Shown: in pieces, positions 63,461 to 64,000 of the stretch | How positions within the stretch are numbered: the first letter of the stretch is position 1 | Layout: each line of letters opens with the position of its first letter | NCBI GenBank assembly: GCA_040392545.1 | Contig: JBEBVV010000008.1 | Location: 19,306 to 83,305, forward strand | DNA: 64,000 nt | From: Pseudochrobactrum asaccharolyticum | GTDB lineage: Bacteria; Pseudomonadota; Alphaproteobacteria; Rhizobiales; Rhizobiaceae | Direction of reading: 5' to 3' | Translations under genes and position numbers: made by a program | Notes under the pieces: generated by a model | The model's database searches: none | What the model saw: the letters and a program-made list of their open reading frames with translations, nothing else | Told to the model about the DNA's origin: nothing

Positions 63461-64000
63461 TTAAGCCGTTACAAAATCTGTTTTGCGGTAGCCCTGAATA
63501 TAGAGCAGAGCCGTGAGATCGCCGTGATTGATGCGAATGCGTGCCTGTGCAGCAACGGACGGCTTGGCATGAAGCGCCACGCCGCTGCCTGCATGTTTGA
63601 GCATTGGCAGGTCATTGGCGCCATCGCCCACAGCCATTGCCTGCTGTGCAGTGATGTCAAGCATGGCGCAGATTTCATCAAGGCTGGTCTTTTTAGCATC
63701 AGCGCCGAGGATCGGTTCGGCAACCATGCCGCTCAGCATATTGCCGTCATCCAGCAGGATATTGGCGCGATTTTCATGAAAGCCGAGTTTTTCGGCAATC
63801 TTTGCGGTGAAGCTGGTAAAGCCGCCGGAGACCAGTGCAGTATAGGCACCGTGTTTTTTCATGGTGGCAATCAGTTCTTTGCCACCTGGTGTCAGGGTGA
63901 TGCGGTTGGCAATCACCTGATCAATAATGCTGACCGGCAGGCCTTTCAGCAGAGCCACGCGTTCCCGCAAGGCCGGTTCAAAGGCAATCTCGCCATTCAT
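63461..64000 (-). CDS. serB: Phosphoserine phosphatase (5' truncated by the window edge)
   Basis: MNGEI.F...LRERVALL, LVSGGF, GDGANDLPM, HAKP. Confidence 0.93.
   Translation of the reverse strand: MNGEIAFEPALRERVALLKGLPVSIIDQVIANRITLTPGGKELIATMKKHGAYTALVSGGFTSFTAKIAEKLGFHENRANILLDDGNMLSGMVAEPILGADAKKTSLDEICAMLDITAQQAMAVGDGANDLPMLKHAGSGVALHAKPSVAAQARIRINHGDLTALLYIQGYRKTDFVTA

Overview
Core-genome chromosome segment of an alphaproteobacterium. Gene content and protein style point to Hyphomicrobiales, most likely Brucellaceae (Pseudochrobactrum/Ochrobactrum-like); this is inference, not a database result. In order: 3' part of metF; a cluster of peptidoglycan hydrolases (MltB-like, GH25, amidase, SLT) with a TerB/DnaJ gene; the RNase P RNA gene; a dcw cluster without mraZ (rsmH-ftsL-ftsI-murE-murF-mraY-murD-ftsW-murG-murC-murB-ddl-ftsQ-ftsA-ftsZ-lpxC-bamD-recN-ligA); azlCD, aminopeptidase P, prmA, sco, creA, mntH, a DAACS symporter, Nudix, uvrD, an atypical kinase, an AsmA-family gene, sspB and an MFS efflux gene; a circularly permuted two-piece tmRNA; then thyA-folA, hflKC, degP, a GNAT and the 3' part of serB. 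I found no IS, prophage or CRISPR array. The best candidate for novelty is a RIO/Kdo-like kinase fused to a degenerate acetyl-CoA-synthetase C-terminal domain that lacks the catalytic/acetylatable lysine. Other leads are an unannotated 28-aa membrane microprotein, a 27-bp tandem repeat directly upstream of asmA, a dense GANTC cluster before ddl, LexA-like boxes (uvrD, the MFS gene, recN) and in-frame insertions in UvrD and LpxC.
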